A stretch of DNA of 40,333 bases from a virus. Lineage: Duplodnaviria > Caudoviricetes. The stretch is taken from positions 1 through 40,333 of IMG/VR virus record IMGVR_UViG_3300011441_000022; one strand, written 5' to 3'. Positions 23,938 to 32,817 of this stretch are shown piece by piece (positions within the stretch are counted from its first letter, which is position 1; the number at the start of each line of letters is the position of its first letter). Below the pieces are notes generated by a model that had not been told where the DNA came from, did not search any database, and saw nothing but the letters and a program-made list of their open reading frames with translations. A program made the position numbers and the translations under genes.

Positions 23938-25464
23938 ATGGCTTCGGCAACTGAGCAAGCTACTCCCATCACGGGCTTTAAGGGGCTCGACAAGTCTCTC
24001 CCTGTTCCAAAGCAGGGCTACACCCGCTCGCTCAAGAATGTCCTGATAAACCATCAGAACGTCCGTGGCAGAGGCGGGGTGTCTTACAGCAGCACCTTCG
24101 GCGGGGCTATGTCGGAGAGCGCTCTCCATCTGATGCCTCATGTGGCAGACAGCACGTTGGCGACAACCCTGCTGCGCATCGGTCCTACGAAAGTGGAGAA
24201 GAGCACGAGCGGGGCCTGGTCTGATATCACCGGCACAGCGCTAAACGGTGCAGCTGGCGATAAGCCTCAATGGGCAAACTTCCGAGGCACGCTTTACTTC
24301 GTCAATGAAGGCAAGGACAATCCACGGAGCTGGACAGGGAGCGGCAACACAGCTGCAATCGCATCAGGCACCGCTCCGAAAGCCAAGGGCATCATGTCCT
24401 ATTACGGCTTCCTCTTCTTGCTCAACATCTATGACACGGCTGCGTCAGCTTTCGCTCCGCGCCGTGGGCAGTATTCAGAGACACCTGACACCGATTGGAC
24501 GCAGTGCGCAGCCAACCTAGTCAACTTCAATGAGACACCGGGAGCTGTGCTCGCCGGCATCCCTTGGGGCGAAGCTGCGATGATAATGAAGGAAGACGGT
24601 GTGGTGGCTTTGCGGTGGGTGGGCGGTCAAGTGCGCTTCACACAGCGGCTTGTCCAGGGGGCTCCTGGAACGCTGGCTCCCTACAGCTGTCAGCCTATTG
24701 GAGATAAAGGCGTCATCTACTTGGGGGACGACTACCAGCTCGGGCTCGTCAATCCCAACTCCTTCGAGCCGCTGCCCCCTAACGTGACGGACATTCTACA
24801 GAACGATCTCTACAAGGCGGGCGTAGCCAACTGCCGCACCGCTGTGATGGATGACCGCAATCTCTATTGCTTCTTCTTCCCGCTCGATTCGAGCGGCAAC
24901 ACGGGGCGGATTGATTTCAACTACCAAACCGGCGAGTTCGCCTACAGCACCTACAGCACTTCACAGCCGTGGAGCGCTGTGCAGATGGTGCGCTGGACGA
25001 AGACAGCGGAACAGTCGTTGATCGGACAGAGCGCTACGATTGCTTACACGATGGACAGCGCCACGGACAAGCTGGACAACATCAGCGCAAGCAGCACTGC
25101 CAGCGTGAGCCGCTACTACGACACGGATTGGATGCGGCCCTCCGAGATGGCTTCTGCCTTCACGGGAGCCACCTTGGTGTTCGAGTCTAACGCTTACGCG
25201 AAGTGTGCGTTGAGCGTGGCAGTCGACCACAAGAACACGTTCCGCTACCGCAAGGTGTACGATCTGAAGCCCAAAGCAGCCGGCGATGAATACACCAACG
25301 TGCGCTATGACCTTCCCCCTATCGAATGCGAATGGGTGAACGTCCGTATCGAGTTTCTTCCCAACGTGTCCAGCTCCCCGGTGCTCCGCTCTGGGGCGCT
25401 GCATTTCATCCCGAAGAAGGATCACCGCGACGTGCGCCGGTCGGCTAACATGACGGAGGAATAA
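23938..25464 (+). CDS. Tail nozzle/stabilisation protein (P22 gp10 or T7 gp12 analogue)
   Basis: FKGLD N-terminus, beta-propeller-like composition, 508 aa, follows the adaptor. Confidence 0.65.
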   Translation: MASATEQATPITGFKGLDKSLPVPKQGYTRSLKNVLINHQNVRGRGGVSYSSTFGGAMSESALHLMPHVADSTLATTLLRIGPTKVEKSTSGAWSDITGTALNGAAGDKPQWANFRGTLYFVNEGKDNPRSWTGSGNTAAIASGTAPKAKGIMSYYGFLFLLNIYDTAASAFAPRRGQYSETPDTDWTQCAANLVNFNETPGAVLAGIPWGEAAMIMKEDGVVALRWVGGQVRFTQRLVQGAPGTLAPYSCQPIGDKGVIYLGDDYQLGLVNPNSFEPLPPNVTDILQNDLYKAGVANCRTAVMDDRNLYCFFFPLDSSGNTGRIDFNYQTGEFAYSTYSTSQPWSAVQMVRWTKTAEQSLIGQSATIAYTMDSATDKLDNISASSTASVSRYYDTDWMRPSEMASAFTGATLVFESNAYAKCALSVAVDHKNTFRYRKVYDLKPKAAGDEYTNVRYDLPPIECEWVNVRIEFLPNVSSSPVLRSGALHFIPKKDHRDVRRSANMTEE

Positions 25465-25775
25465 TGCATAGTGTGCTCAAGATTGGCGACAAGAAGATCC
25501 TAGTCACGCATCCCGAAGGCACAGAGCTGAAGATGGAGGGCAGCGTGCTCTCAGCAACCAGCTCCTCTCACCGATCCCTGGAAGCGCAGCTTAAAGAGCA
25601 GATGGGGCAGGAAGGCGTGCAGTGGGGGGATGCTATCGCTTGGGCCACCAAGAAGCTTGGCATCGAGGCCTGTGCCCCCTGCAAGGCTCGCCAGAACATC
25701 TTGAATCACGCAAAGCAGCTTGGCATTCGGGAAACCATCAAGCAGATCAAGGACACATTCAATGTCGGCAGCTGA
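25464..25775 (+). CDS. Hypothetical protein with WGD...LGI..CxxC..R...LN motif
   Basis: GDAIAWATKKLGIEACAPCKARQNILN. Confidence 0.65.
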   Translation: MHSVLKIGDKKILVTHPEGTELKMEGSVLSATSSSHRSLEAQLKEQMGQEGVQWGDAIAWATKKLGIEACAPCKARQNILNHAKQLGIRETIKQIKDTFNVGS

Positions 25776-27219
25776 TTTCACTAACGTCAGGGTGGAGAGC
25801 AAGTATTACGATTCGGTCATCATCCGCTACAGCTATGCGGGCGCTGGCACGATCAAGCTATACCGCTCTACAGACGGCAGCTCCTACTCTGCGCTGCAAA
25901 CCATCCCTGCGGCCTATGGCAGCTATCCGACGCTTACGGATATCACCGTGTCTGCGTCTACGCTTTATTATTACAAGTTCACTGACGACAACGGCAGCAC
26001 GTTCTCCTCGGTGGCTTCTGTGAAGACACAGACTCAGTTTCCTCCAATCGACTTGACGCCGAAAGCTTTGACGCTCCCTGTGTTCACAGGGGACAAGGAC
26101 GTTGACGCTGCGAACCTCGATCTCATGCGGGCTCAGATTGAAGCCTACGTGAATGGCGACTATGGAGCCTCTCCCCGCAAGACATGCGAAGTCTGCGTTG
26201 AAGACGGAGCCCTGGTGCTTGATTGCGCCACGGGCTGTTTTGCATTTGTCGTGCAAGGCGCTGATATCGCTGATATCAACAGCCTCTCCATCAACTGCGA
26301 GAAGTTTGAGATCACTTTTGATGTGCCGGATGGTACGTCCACTGAGGTGTGCGGATGGGACCCAGGGGCCGGGTATCGAGGGGACGAGTGCTTCCAGGCT
26401 CCAATCGATGGCCCTGTGACGCTGCCGATCACGATGATCCAGCAGACTCCTTGCCCAGGAGAGCGCACCTATTACGTGTCCGCTCCTTGCAAGGGGGACT
26501 ACGTTTATGAATGCTATGACCGAGACAGCCGCTTCCATTCAGCGAATCGGAATCTCTCTGTGACGGACTGTACGTGTGCCGCGATCTTCGATGGCAATAC
26601 GGCAATGTCGTCCAACGGCTTCACTTGGGTGATGCGCTCCGGCTGGAATACAGGCTGGTCGACGCTCGATCATCAGGGCGCAGCTGGCATGTCCATGTAC
26701 TTCGCCCGCGTCAATTCCAGCTGCGCTGGTGCGCCGGGGGCTGCTAACATTCTTCAGTATAGCATCGGTGGGTTTGGCGCAAACGCTATGTCCTATTCGG
26801 TGGAAGGCAAGCCGCTGTTTGGGTTCGCGGTGAACGTGCCGGCAACGGCTACTCTTCGCTCCTTCACAGGGCATGTTTTGCTGTTCGATTATATCAACAG
26901 CCGCTTTACGTGGGGGCGCTATACCAACGCCGATCTACACGCGGGGACTATGCCCACCGTGATTAGTACGCTCGCAATGAGCGCAATCACGCCAACGCAG
27001 ATCTCGCTGATTATCGACGCCACCGGTGGCAACACTTACAGCCTGTACGATGTTACGTTCGACAATGACACCCAGAGCGAAACCATAGCCCACAGCTCGA
27101 TTAGCTTAGGCTCTGAGCCCTTGGGGTTTGGTGTGTTTTGGGTGGCTAATAATAATACGGGGGATCACACAGCCCGTCTTTCGACGGGAAAAGAACAAGT
27201 AATGCTTTGGTGGGGGTAG
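25762..27219 (+). CDS. FN3-like plus Cys-rich putative tail/adhesion protein
   Basis: KLYRSTDG...LTDITVSASTLYYYK (FN3-like); 13 Cys clustered centrally; start 25762 after AAGGA. Confidence 0.6.
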   Translation: MSAADFTNVRVESKYYDSVIIRYSYAGAGTIKLYRSTDGSSYSALQTIPAAYGSYPTLTDITVSASTLYYYKFTDDNGSTFSSVASVKTQTQFPPIDLTPKALTLPVFTGDKDVDAANLDLMRAQIEAYVNGDYGASPRKTCEVCVEDGALVLDCATGCFAFVVQGADIADINSLSINCEKFEITFDVPDGTSTEVCGWDPGAGYRGDECFQAPIDGPVTLPITMIQQTPCPGERTYYVSAPCKGDYVYECYDRDSRFHSANRNLSVTDCTCAAIFDGNTAMSSNGFTWVMRSGWNTGWSTLDHQGAAGMSMYFARVNSSCAGAPGAANILQYSIGGFGANAMSYSVEGKPLFGFAVNVPATATLRSFTGHVLLFDYINSRFTWGRYTNADLHAGTMPTVISTLAMSAITPTQISLIIDATGGNTYSLYDVTFDNDTQSETIAHSSISLGSEPLGFGVFWVANNNTGDHTARLSTGKEQVMLWWG

Positions 27220-27220
27220 A

Positions 27221-28216
27221 ATGAAACCAACACAGAAATATGCGTGGGATCTGATCGACTCCCCCCTACGCTTCAACGAGGTCACAGCTCCCACTGCCGC
27301 CCAGATCCAAGCGAACAGCTTGGCTCTCTACGCGAAGGACAAAGCGGGCGTAAGCAATCTCTACTTCAAGGATGACGCGGGCGTTGAGCATGACATAGGG
27401 CTTCTGGGCTCAGGAGCCGCAGCCCTCACGAAGGTGGATGACACAAACGTCACCCTCACCCTCGGGGGCTCTCCTACAGTGGCCCTGCTTGCTGCTACGA
27501 GCATCACAGTGGGCTGGACGGGCACGCTGTCAGCCGCCAGGGGCGGCACCGGCGTGAGCAGCTTAGGCAACGTCACAGCGGGCAGCTCGAAGATCTCTCT
27601 CGGCGGCACGCCCACAGGGGCGGTCATCAACTCCTTCAGCATCGATGTCAACCAGGCCAACCTTGACCACGGCAGCATTGGCGGGCTCTCGGACGACGAT
27701 CACACCATCTATCTCCTCGCAGCAGGCACCCGTGCTCTGACAGCAGATTGGGATGCCGGCAGCTTTGAGATTCGGGCTCAAACTTTTGAGAGCGACGTAG
27801 CCACGGGCACAGCTCCGCTGGTGATTGCCAGCACGACGCTGGTGTCGAATCTGAATGCCGACTTGCTTGACGGACAGCATGGCAGCTACTATCTCGACAG
27901 CGCCAACTTCACGGGCACCAACTGGACAGACCTTACGGACGGGGGCGCAACCACGCTCCACAGCCATTCGGGGAGCGGGAGCAGCAGCAGTGGCGGCGGG
28001 CATGCACATGGCATCACGCGGCTTACAGGCGATGGCTCCACCACTGTATTCAACTTGCTCGACATAGCTGAATACTTGGAATTCGCCACAGACAACGGCT
28101 CGATGATGGACCCGCTCAACTATACGCTCAGCGCTGATGGAAGCCAGATCACTTACGCTACAGCTCCCACGGCAGCGCATTTCATCGAAGTCAACTACGT
28201 CATCATGGGGCTCTAA
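27221..28216 (+). CDS. Tail fibre protein
   Basis: RGGTG, DHGSIGGLSDDDH, TTLVSNLNADLLDGQHGSYY and GDGSTTVF fibre motifs. Confidence 0.75.
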   Translation: MKPTQKYAWDLIDSPLRFNEVTAPTAAQIQANSLALYAKDKAGVSNLYFKDDAGVEHDIGLLGSGAAALTKVDDTNVTLTLGGSPTVALLAATSITVGWTGTLSAARGGTGVSSLGNVTAGSSKISLGGTPTGAVINSFSIDVNQANLDHGSIGGLSDDDHTIYLLAAGTRALTADWDAGSFEIRAQTFESDVATGTAPLVIASTTLVSNLNADLLDGQHGSYYLDSANFTGTNWTDLTDGGATTLHSHSGSGSSSSGGGHAHGITRLTGDGSTTVFNLLDIAEYLEFATDNGSMMDPLNYTLSADGSQITYATAPTAAHFIEVNYVIMGL

Positions 28217-28977
28217 TGAGTACACCAGGCAGCATTTGGCATAGCGATCTAGCGCTCCTTACATCAGGCGATGACCATACGCAGTATGCCCTGCTTGCAG
28301 GGCGGAGCGGTGGGCAGACGCTAATCGGGGGCACAGGCTCGGGGGACGATCTAACGCTTCAGAGCACGTCCCACGGCACGCGGGGCTCCGTATTGATTAC
28401 CAACGACGAGTTTGTGATTGGCGGCTCTCGCACCATGTCCACCCTGGAGAAGGGGCACATGGAGATTACAACCACGATCACCAACAGCGCCACAACCATA
28501 GCCGGCTTGTGGTGCAGGCCCACGTTCTCAGGCAATAGCAGCTTGCCGATTGGCATCATCGCGCAGCCTACGTTCACGCCAGGCGCAAGCATCAACGAAG
28601 CTATCGGCTTCTGGTGCGATGCTCGTGTGAGCCCTGGCAACTCAATCACCATCAGCCTAGCCGAAGGCGGGATGTCGCGGCTGATCTACTCGGACGTAGC
28701 GGGAGCTGTCACCACGGGCGTCACGCACACTATCTCAGCGCCTGAAGTGCAGGGAGCCCTGCTGCCCACGCATCAATACGGCTTGAACATCGCCAACCAG
28801 GGGGTGGCTGGCATGACCAACGCCTTCGGCTTGCAGGTGGTGGCACAGGCGGGGGCCACGAATAACTATGACATGAGCTTCACCACAGTGGACACCACAG
28901 CAGCCGGTGCTTACTACGGACGTGTACCAGTGCTTTACAATGGCCTGAAGAAGTACGTTCATCTCTTCAGCGCATAG
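28216..28977 (+). CDS. Tail fibre/spike-like protein
   Basis: DDHTQYALLAGRSGGQTL motif followed by beta-rich repeats. Confidence 0.65.
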   Translation: MSTPGSIWHSDLALLTSGDDHTQYALLAGRSGGQTLIGGTGSGDDLTLQSTSHGTRGSVLITNDEFVIGGSRTMSTLEKGHMEITTTITNSATTIAGLWCRPTFSGNSSLPIGIIAQPTFTPGASINEAIGFWCDARVSPGNSITISLAEGGMSRLIYSDVAGAVTTGVTHTISAPEVQGALLPTHQYGLNIANQGVAGMTNAFGLQVVAQAGATNNYDMSFTTVDTTAAGAYYGRVPVLYNGLKKYVHLFSA

Positions 28978-28984
28978 GAGGACC

Positions 28985-29203
28985 ATGGCAATTATCTCAA
29001 TCACAGTTCCAGACAGCGCTCTGCCTCGGCTACGCGCTGCCTTTGGGCATCCCGATCCAGTGACGCCAGGGGCGTGGGTGGATGCAACGAACGCAGAAGT
29101 GATGGCGGCAGTGAAAGCAGGGCTTAAGAGCAAGGTGATCGATCACGAAACCACGCTCGCTGCTATGAATGATAGATCTATTCGCAGCTCAGAATCTTGG
29201 TAG
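28985..29203 (+). CDS. Hypothetical protein (possible fibre chaperone)
   Basis: AGGAGG RBS; follows fibre genes. Confidence 0.6.
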   Translation: MAIISITVPDSALPRLRAAFGHPDPVTPGAWVDATNAEVMAAVKAGLKSKVIDHETTLAAMNDRSIRSSESW

Positions 29204-29211
29204 GAGGAAAC

Positions 29212-29340
29212 ATGACCATAGATGACCGCGTAGCCAAAGAACTCGGCTCTCTAACGCTGCTCGTTTTGCGGCTTCAGACAGAAGTGGACTTGCTTAAGCA
29301 GAAGCTTGAAGACGCAGAGAAACAACACAAGGATCAGTAA
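29212..29340 (+). CDS. Small coiled-coil protein (42 aa, not in ORF track)
   Basis: MTIDDRVAKELGSLTLLVLRLQTEVDLLKQKLEDAEKQHKDQ; AGGAGG RBS, TAATG overlap. Confidence 0.7.
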   Translation: MTIDDRVAKELGSLTLLVLRLQTEVDLLKQKLEDAEKQHKDQ

Positions 29341-30203
29341 TGGCGAACACAGCTCTTAATCGCTCCGTTGTCGCGCTGCTCACGAACAAGTCGGGCGGCA
29401 ACCTAGCCTATGGGGACGTGGTGGTAATCTCCACGGGGACAGCCTCGGCATTCACCACCACCACCACGGGTGCTTACCTTACCACAGGCATCGGTGTTAT
29501 CATCGAGCCCAATGGTATAGCAAACGATGCCACAGGCCTCGTTGCTACAGCTGGTTGGGTGCCGAAGGTAAACTTGAACACAGCGGCTACGCTTGGTCAG
29601 TTCATTAAGACGCACACTGTTGCGGGCCAGGCTACTCCCCACTCGACGCTCGCTTCTGGCGACTTCGGCTACGCCTTGGAAGCTTCGGCCACTCCGAAGG
29701 CTATCCTGTTCGGTGGGGCTGTGACGGTAAGCTCCGCTGGTATTTCAGACGGAGACAAGGGTGATATAACGGTATCCGCAAGCGGTGCGACGTGGACTAT
29801 CGACTCCAGCACAATTACTGTGGCTAAGTTGGCTACTGCTGCGAAGACCGGAACCATCACCTTCGTCATCGACGGCGGGGGCAGCGAGATCACCACTGGC
29901 ATCAAGGGCGATCTTGAGATTCCCATGGCCTGCACAATCACCCAGGCGACTCTCTTGGCAGACCAAAGCGGAAGCATCGTCATTGACATCTGGAAGGACG
30001 CCTATGCAAACTTCCCACCAACCGATGCAGACAGCATCACCGCGTCTGCGCCTCCTACGATCTCGACGGCAACGAAGTCTCAGGATTCGACGCTTACTGG
30101 CTGGACAACTTCCATCTCAGCGGGCGACATCCTACGCTTCAACGTGGACAGCATCACGACTTGCACTCGCGTAACCCTGTCGCTGAAAGTAACACTGGCT
30201 TAA
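29340..30203 (+). CDS. Thr-rich fibre/decoration protein
   Basis: Cement-like N-terminal domain (GDVV...GIAN..TG.V...G), SDGDKGDITVS linker, IDGGGS...AGDILRFNVDS C-terminal domain. Confidence 0.65.
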   Translation: MANTALNRSVVALLTNKSGGNLAYGDVVVISTGTASAFTTTTTGAYLTTGIGVIIEPNGIANDATGLVATAGWVPKVNLNTAATLGQFIKTHTVAGQATPHSTLASGDFGYALEASATPKAILFGGAVTVSSAGISDGDKGDITVSASGATWTIDSSTITVAKLATAAKTGTITFVIDGGGSEITTGIKGDLEIPMACTITQATLLADQSGSIVIDIWKDAYANFPPTDADSITASAPPTISTATKSQDSTLTGWTTSISAGDILRFNVDSITTCTRVTLSLKVTLA

Positions 30204-30204
30204 T

Positions 30205-31032
30205 ATGTTAAGTAGTATCTTTGCAGGACACAGCCGCGTGTTTGCCGGTGGTGGAGCGGGTTTACCATCTGCCAACATGACGGCGCACTTCGACTTTTCT
30301 GACATCTCGACCTTATACAAGACTCGCACCGCCGGAAATAACCCTGGGTATTCGGACGTTGCGACAACGGACGCCGATGTTATTCGGGCGATCAGAAGCA
30401 TCTACCCGGCAGCCACGTCAGACCTTGTGCTATCAGATGCTAACAACTCCGCCCTCGCTCCAGCACTTCGCCTCACCTCCCCCCTGTTGGGCACACAGTG
30501 TTTGGATTTTGACGGATCAAACGATAGGATGGTAGTTTACGACCGCACCATCACAACAGCACGGGTTGCCTCGGTGATCTTTGGCGTGGGAGCTAAGACA
30601 GCTTTGATCTCGTTTCGGTGTGAATCCTTACCAGCTTCGCCAAGCACATACCAGCCTCTAATGGCAGATTTAAGTGGTTCGTTTTTTTGGGGTATCTACA
30701 TATACAACAACGCCGGCACAGTGCAGCTTCTTTTCCAGAACTATGATGGCACCTATGATTCACTGTTTCACGGCACGGTTGCAGCCGATACAAACTATGT
30801 TGCTGTAGTACGACACGATGGGACCAACATCTACGCTGCGCTTAACAATGCGTCCGAGTCATCTTTAGCCAGTGGAAATTCTAGCGACTTAGGCAGCGCG
30901 TTCTATATAGGTGGGGGTAGCGACTCTTCAGTGTTTAACGGGCGGATAGGAGAAGTTGTAACATACAATGCCGCTCTCACTGGTGGCAATCTAACAGACG
31001 CTATCACTTATATGACAGACAAGTGGACTTAG
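30205..31032 (+). CDS. LamG/concanavalin-A-like lectin-fold protein (candidate receptor binding)
   Basis: LDFDGSND...IGG...FNGRIGEVVTYNAALT. Confidence 0.75.
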   Translation: MLSSIFAGHSRVFAGGGAGLPSANMTAHFDFSDISTLYKTRTAGNNPGYSDVATTDADVIRAIRSIYPAATSDLVLSDANNSALAPALRLTSPLLGTQCLDFDGSNDRMVVYDRTITTARVASVIFGVGAKTALISFRCESLPASPSTYQPLMADLSGSFFWGIYIYNNAGTVQLLFQNYDGTYDSLFHGTVAADTNYVAVVRHDGTNIYAALNNASESSLASGNSSDLGSAFYIGGGSDSSVFNGRIGEVVTYNAALTGGNLTDAITYMTDKWT

Positions 31033-31051
31033 GAGACTCAAGGAGAAATAA

Positions 31052-31654
31052 ATGGCAACTACCATGACGTGGGCTCCCACGAAAGCAAGTAAGAACGCGG
31101 TTCAGCCCGGAGCGTCAAAGTCTAGCTCGGCCACTACATATGCCGATCCTACGCTCGCCAGCACCATTGCTCAGGGTGGAGCAGCGAACACGGCAACTGC
31201 CTCGAAGAGCCTGCTCGATCTGCTTGGCGATCCCACGGCAAGTTCGGCTTACCAGACTACTCTTAAGGGCATGCTTGCCGACATGCAACCATCAATTGAC
31301 CAAGGCTACTCCGACCTGTCCGATGCATTCCGTAAGGCTGGCGCACAGCAGAGCGGAGCCTACGGCTCCTCGCTCGCGCAGTATGCCTCCGGGGTTGAGC
31401 GCAATCAGCTAGGAGCAGCGGCGGACGCGATGAAAGCGATCCTCCCGTCCCTAGTGTCGGGCTACAGTGGGATGGCTACGCAGACGCCTTCCTTGATGGA
31501 GGCCCTTAAGGTGTCGCAGTCGAACAGCGCTTCACAGGCGTATGACCCGAATGCGGCGAACAAGAACAGCGCCATGGGCATGCGGCAGACGCTCCCTAGC
31601 GCATCCGGCAACACCCAAGGACGAATCGGCTACACGGTTGGGGGCGGGTATTAA
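31052..31654 (+). CDS. Putative DNA ejection/pilot protein
   Basis: Ala/Ser/Gln-rich helical; DPTASSAYQ...GAQQSGA; position after tail genes. Confidence 0.55.
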   Translation: MATTMTWAPTKASKNAVQPGASKSSSATTYADPTLASTIAQGGAANTATASKSLLDLLGDPTASSAYQTTLKGMLADMQPSIDQGYSDLSDAFRKAGAQQSGAYGSSLAQYASGVERNQLGAAADAMKAILPSLVSGYSGMATQTPSLMEALKVSQSNSASQAYDPNAANKNSAMGMRQTLPSASGNTQGRIGYTVGGGY

Positions 31655-31656
31655 GC

Positions 31657-32817
31657 ATGGACACTCTGCAAGATCTTCTCACGCGCATCGGTGCGGAGCA
31701 GGCGACACAGCCTAATCCAGACCAGCTGGAAACGCTCACAAGCCTCGTGCGCCAGAACATGACCAGCGGGCTTGGCGTGAACGAGCAAGGCAACTTGCAG
31801 TATGACATGCCGGCCTTCAATCGAGCTGCCGGCTACGCCGGCCCTATGCGGGAGAGCGACAAGCCCTCGCTCATAGCCGCAGCGGATATCCCTGTCTACA
31901 ACGGGGCGAAGCTTTCTCCTCAAACCCTCGAAGCGCAGCTCATGGCCGGTGGCCCTCTGCGCAGTGTGCTGCCGGCAGACAAGGCTCAGCAGATGGGCTC
32001 TGGCATGCAGGCTATGCAGGCCGCAGGCATGCCCGCAGCTGTGCAGGGCAGTGTGGTGCAGAATCTTTTACAGAAGATGGGCATCGGGCCTGACAAGTTC
32101 AGCGATGCTTTCGCTGAAGCACGCGGCAAGGCTCTGGGTGAGCTGGCTGGCGGGGGCGGCAAGCGTAACATTCCTTCGGAAGTGATGCGCTCCATCGGCA
32201 AGGAAAACTTTCACGATGCCGTGGACAAGGGCATTGCGGACGGGAGCATTACACCTCAGCAGCAGATGCAGCTCGAATCGCGGCATCAAGCAGCCTGGGC
32301 TAAAGGCACTCCTAGCGAGAAAGCTGTTCTCACGCTGGCTTCTGTCCGCACATCAGCAGATGCTCTCGACCGCTTAAAGAAAGCTTACGAAGAGACAGAG
32401 GCAGCTAAGACCGGCAGAATGAGCAGCACATTTAAGATTGCGCTTGCTCGGACAGTGGCCGGCGCATCAGGCACAGAGCTGCTTCCCTTCATGGAGAAGC
32501 TTACGCCTGAAGAACGCCGCTATGTGGCGGAAGCCAACACGTTCAGCATCAACCTCCGTAACGTGTCGCAGGACAGCCGCTTCAGCAACTTCGACTCTCA
32601 GAAAGTGTTGCAGGCCGTGGGCAATCCGCTCATGGGCCGCGACCTTTACATGGATCAATTGGATAGCTCGGGCAAAGAACTCTACCGTCGATACGACAAC
32701 ACTGTGAAAGCGCTGAAAGGTGCAGGCAAGAGGGTGGATGAATTTGCACGAGAAGAAGCTCAACCCGCAGCTAAAAGCGGAGCCACCGGAGCATGGAAGG
32801 TGGAAGTGGAGAAGTAA
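31657..32817 (+). CDS. Putative internal virion/ejection protein
   Basis: Helical, Ala/Gln/Met-rich, no Cys; position. Confidence 0.55.
   Translation: MDTLQDLLTRIGAEQATQPNPDQLETLTSLVRQNMTSGLGVNEQGNLQYDMPAFNRAAGYAGPMRESDKPSLIAAADIPVYNGAKLSPQTLEAQLMAGGPLRSVLPADKAQQMGSGMQAMQAAGMPAAVQGSVVQNLLQKMGIGPDKFSDAFAEARGKALGELAGGGGKRNIPSEVMRSIGKENFHDAVDKGIADGSITPQQQMQLESRHQAAWAKGTPSEKAVLTLASVRTSADALDRLKKAYEETEAAKTGRMSSTFKIALARTVAGASGTELLPFMEKLTPEERRYVAEANTFSINLRNVSQDSRFSNFDSQKVLQAVGNPLMGRDLYMDQLDSSGKELYRRYDNTVKALKGAGKRVDEFAREEAQPAAKSGATGAWKVEVEK

Noticed and set aside
25762-31032. Diversity-generating retroelement or invertible tail cassette
   Set aside because: No reverse transcriptase is present, and I noticed no template/variable repeat pair or flanking inverted repeats.
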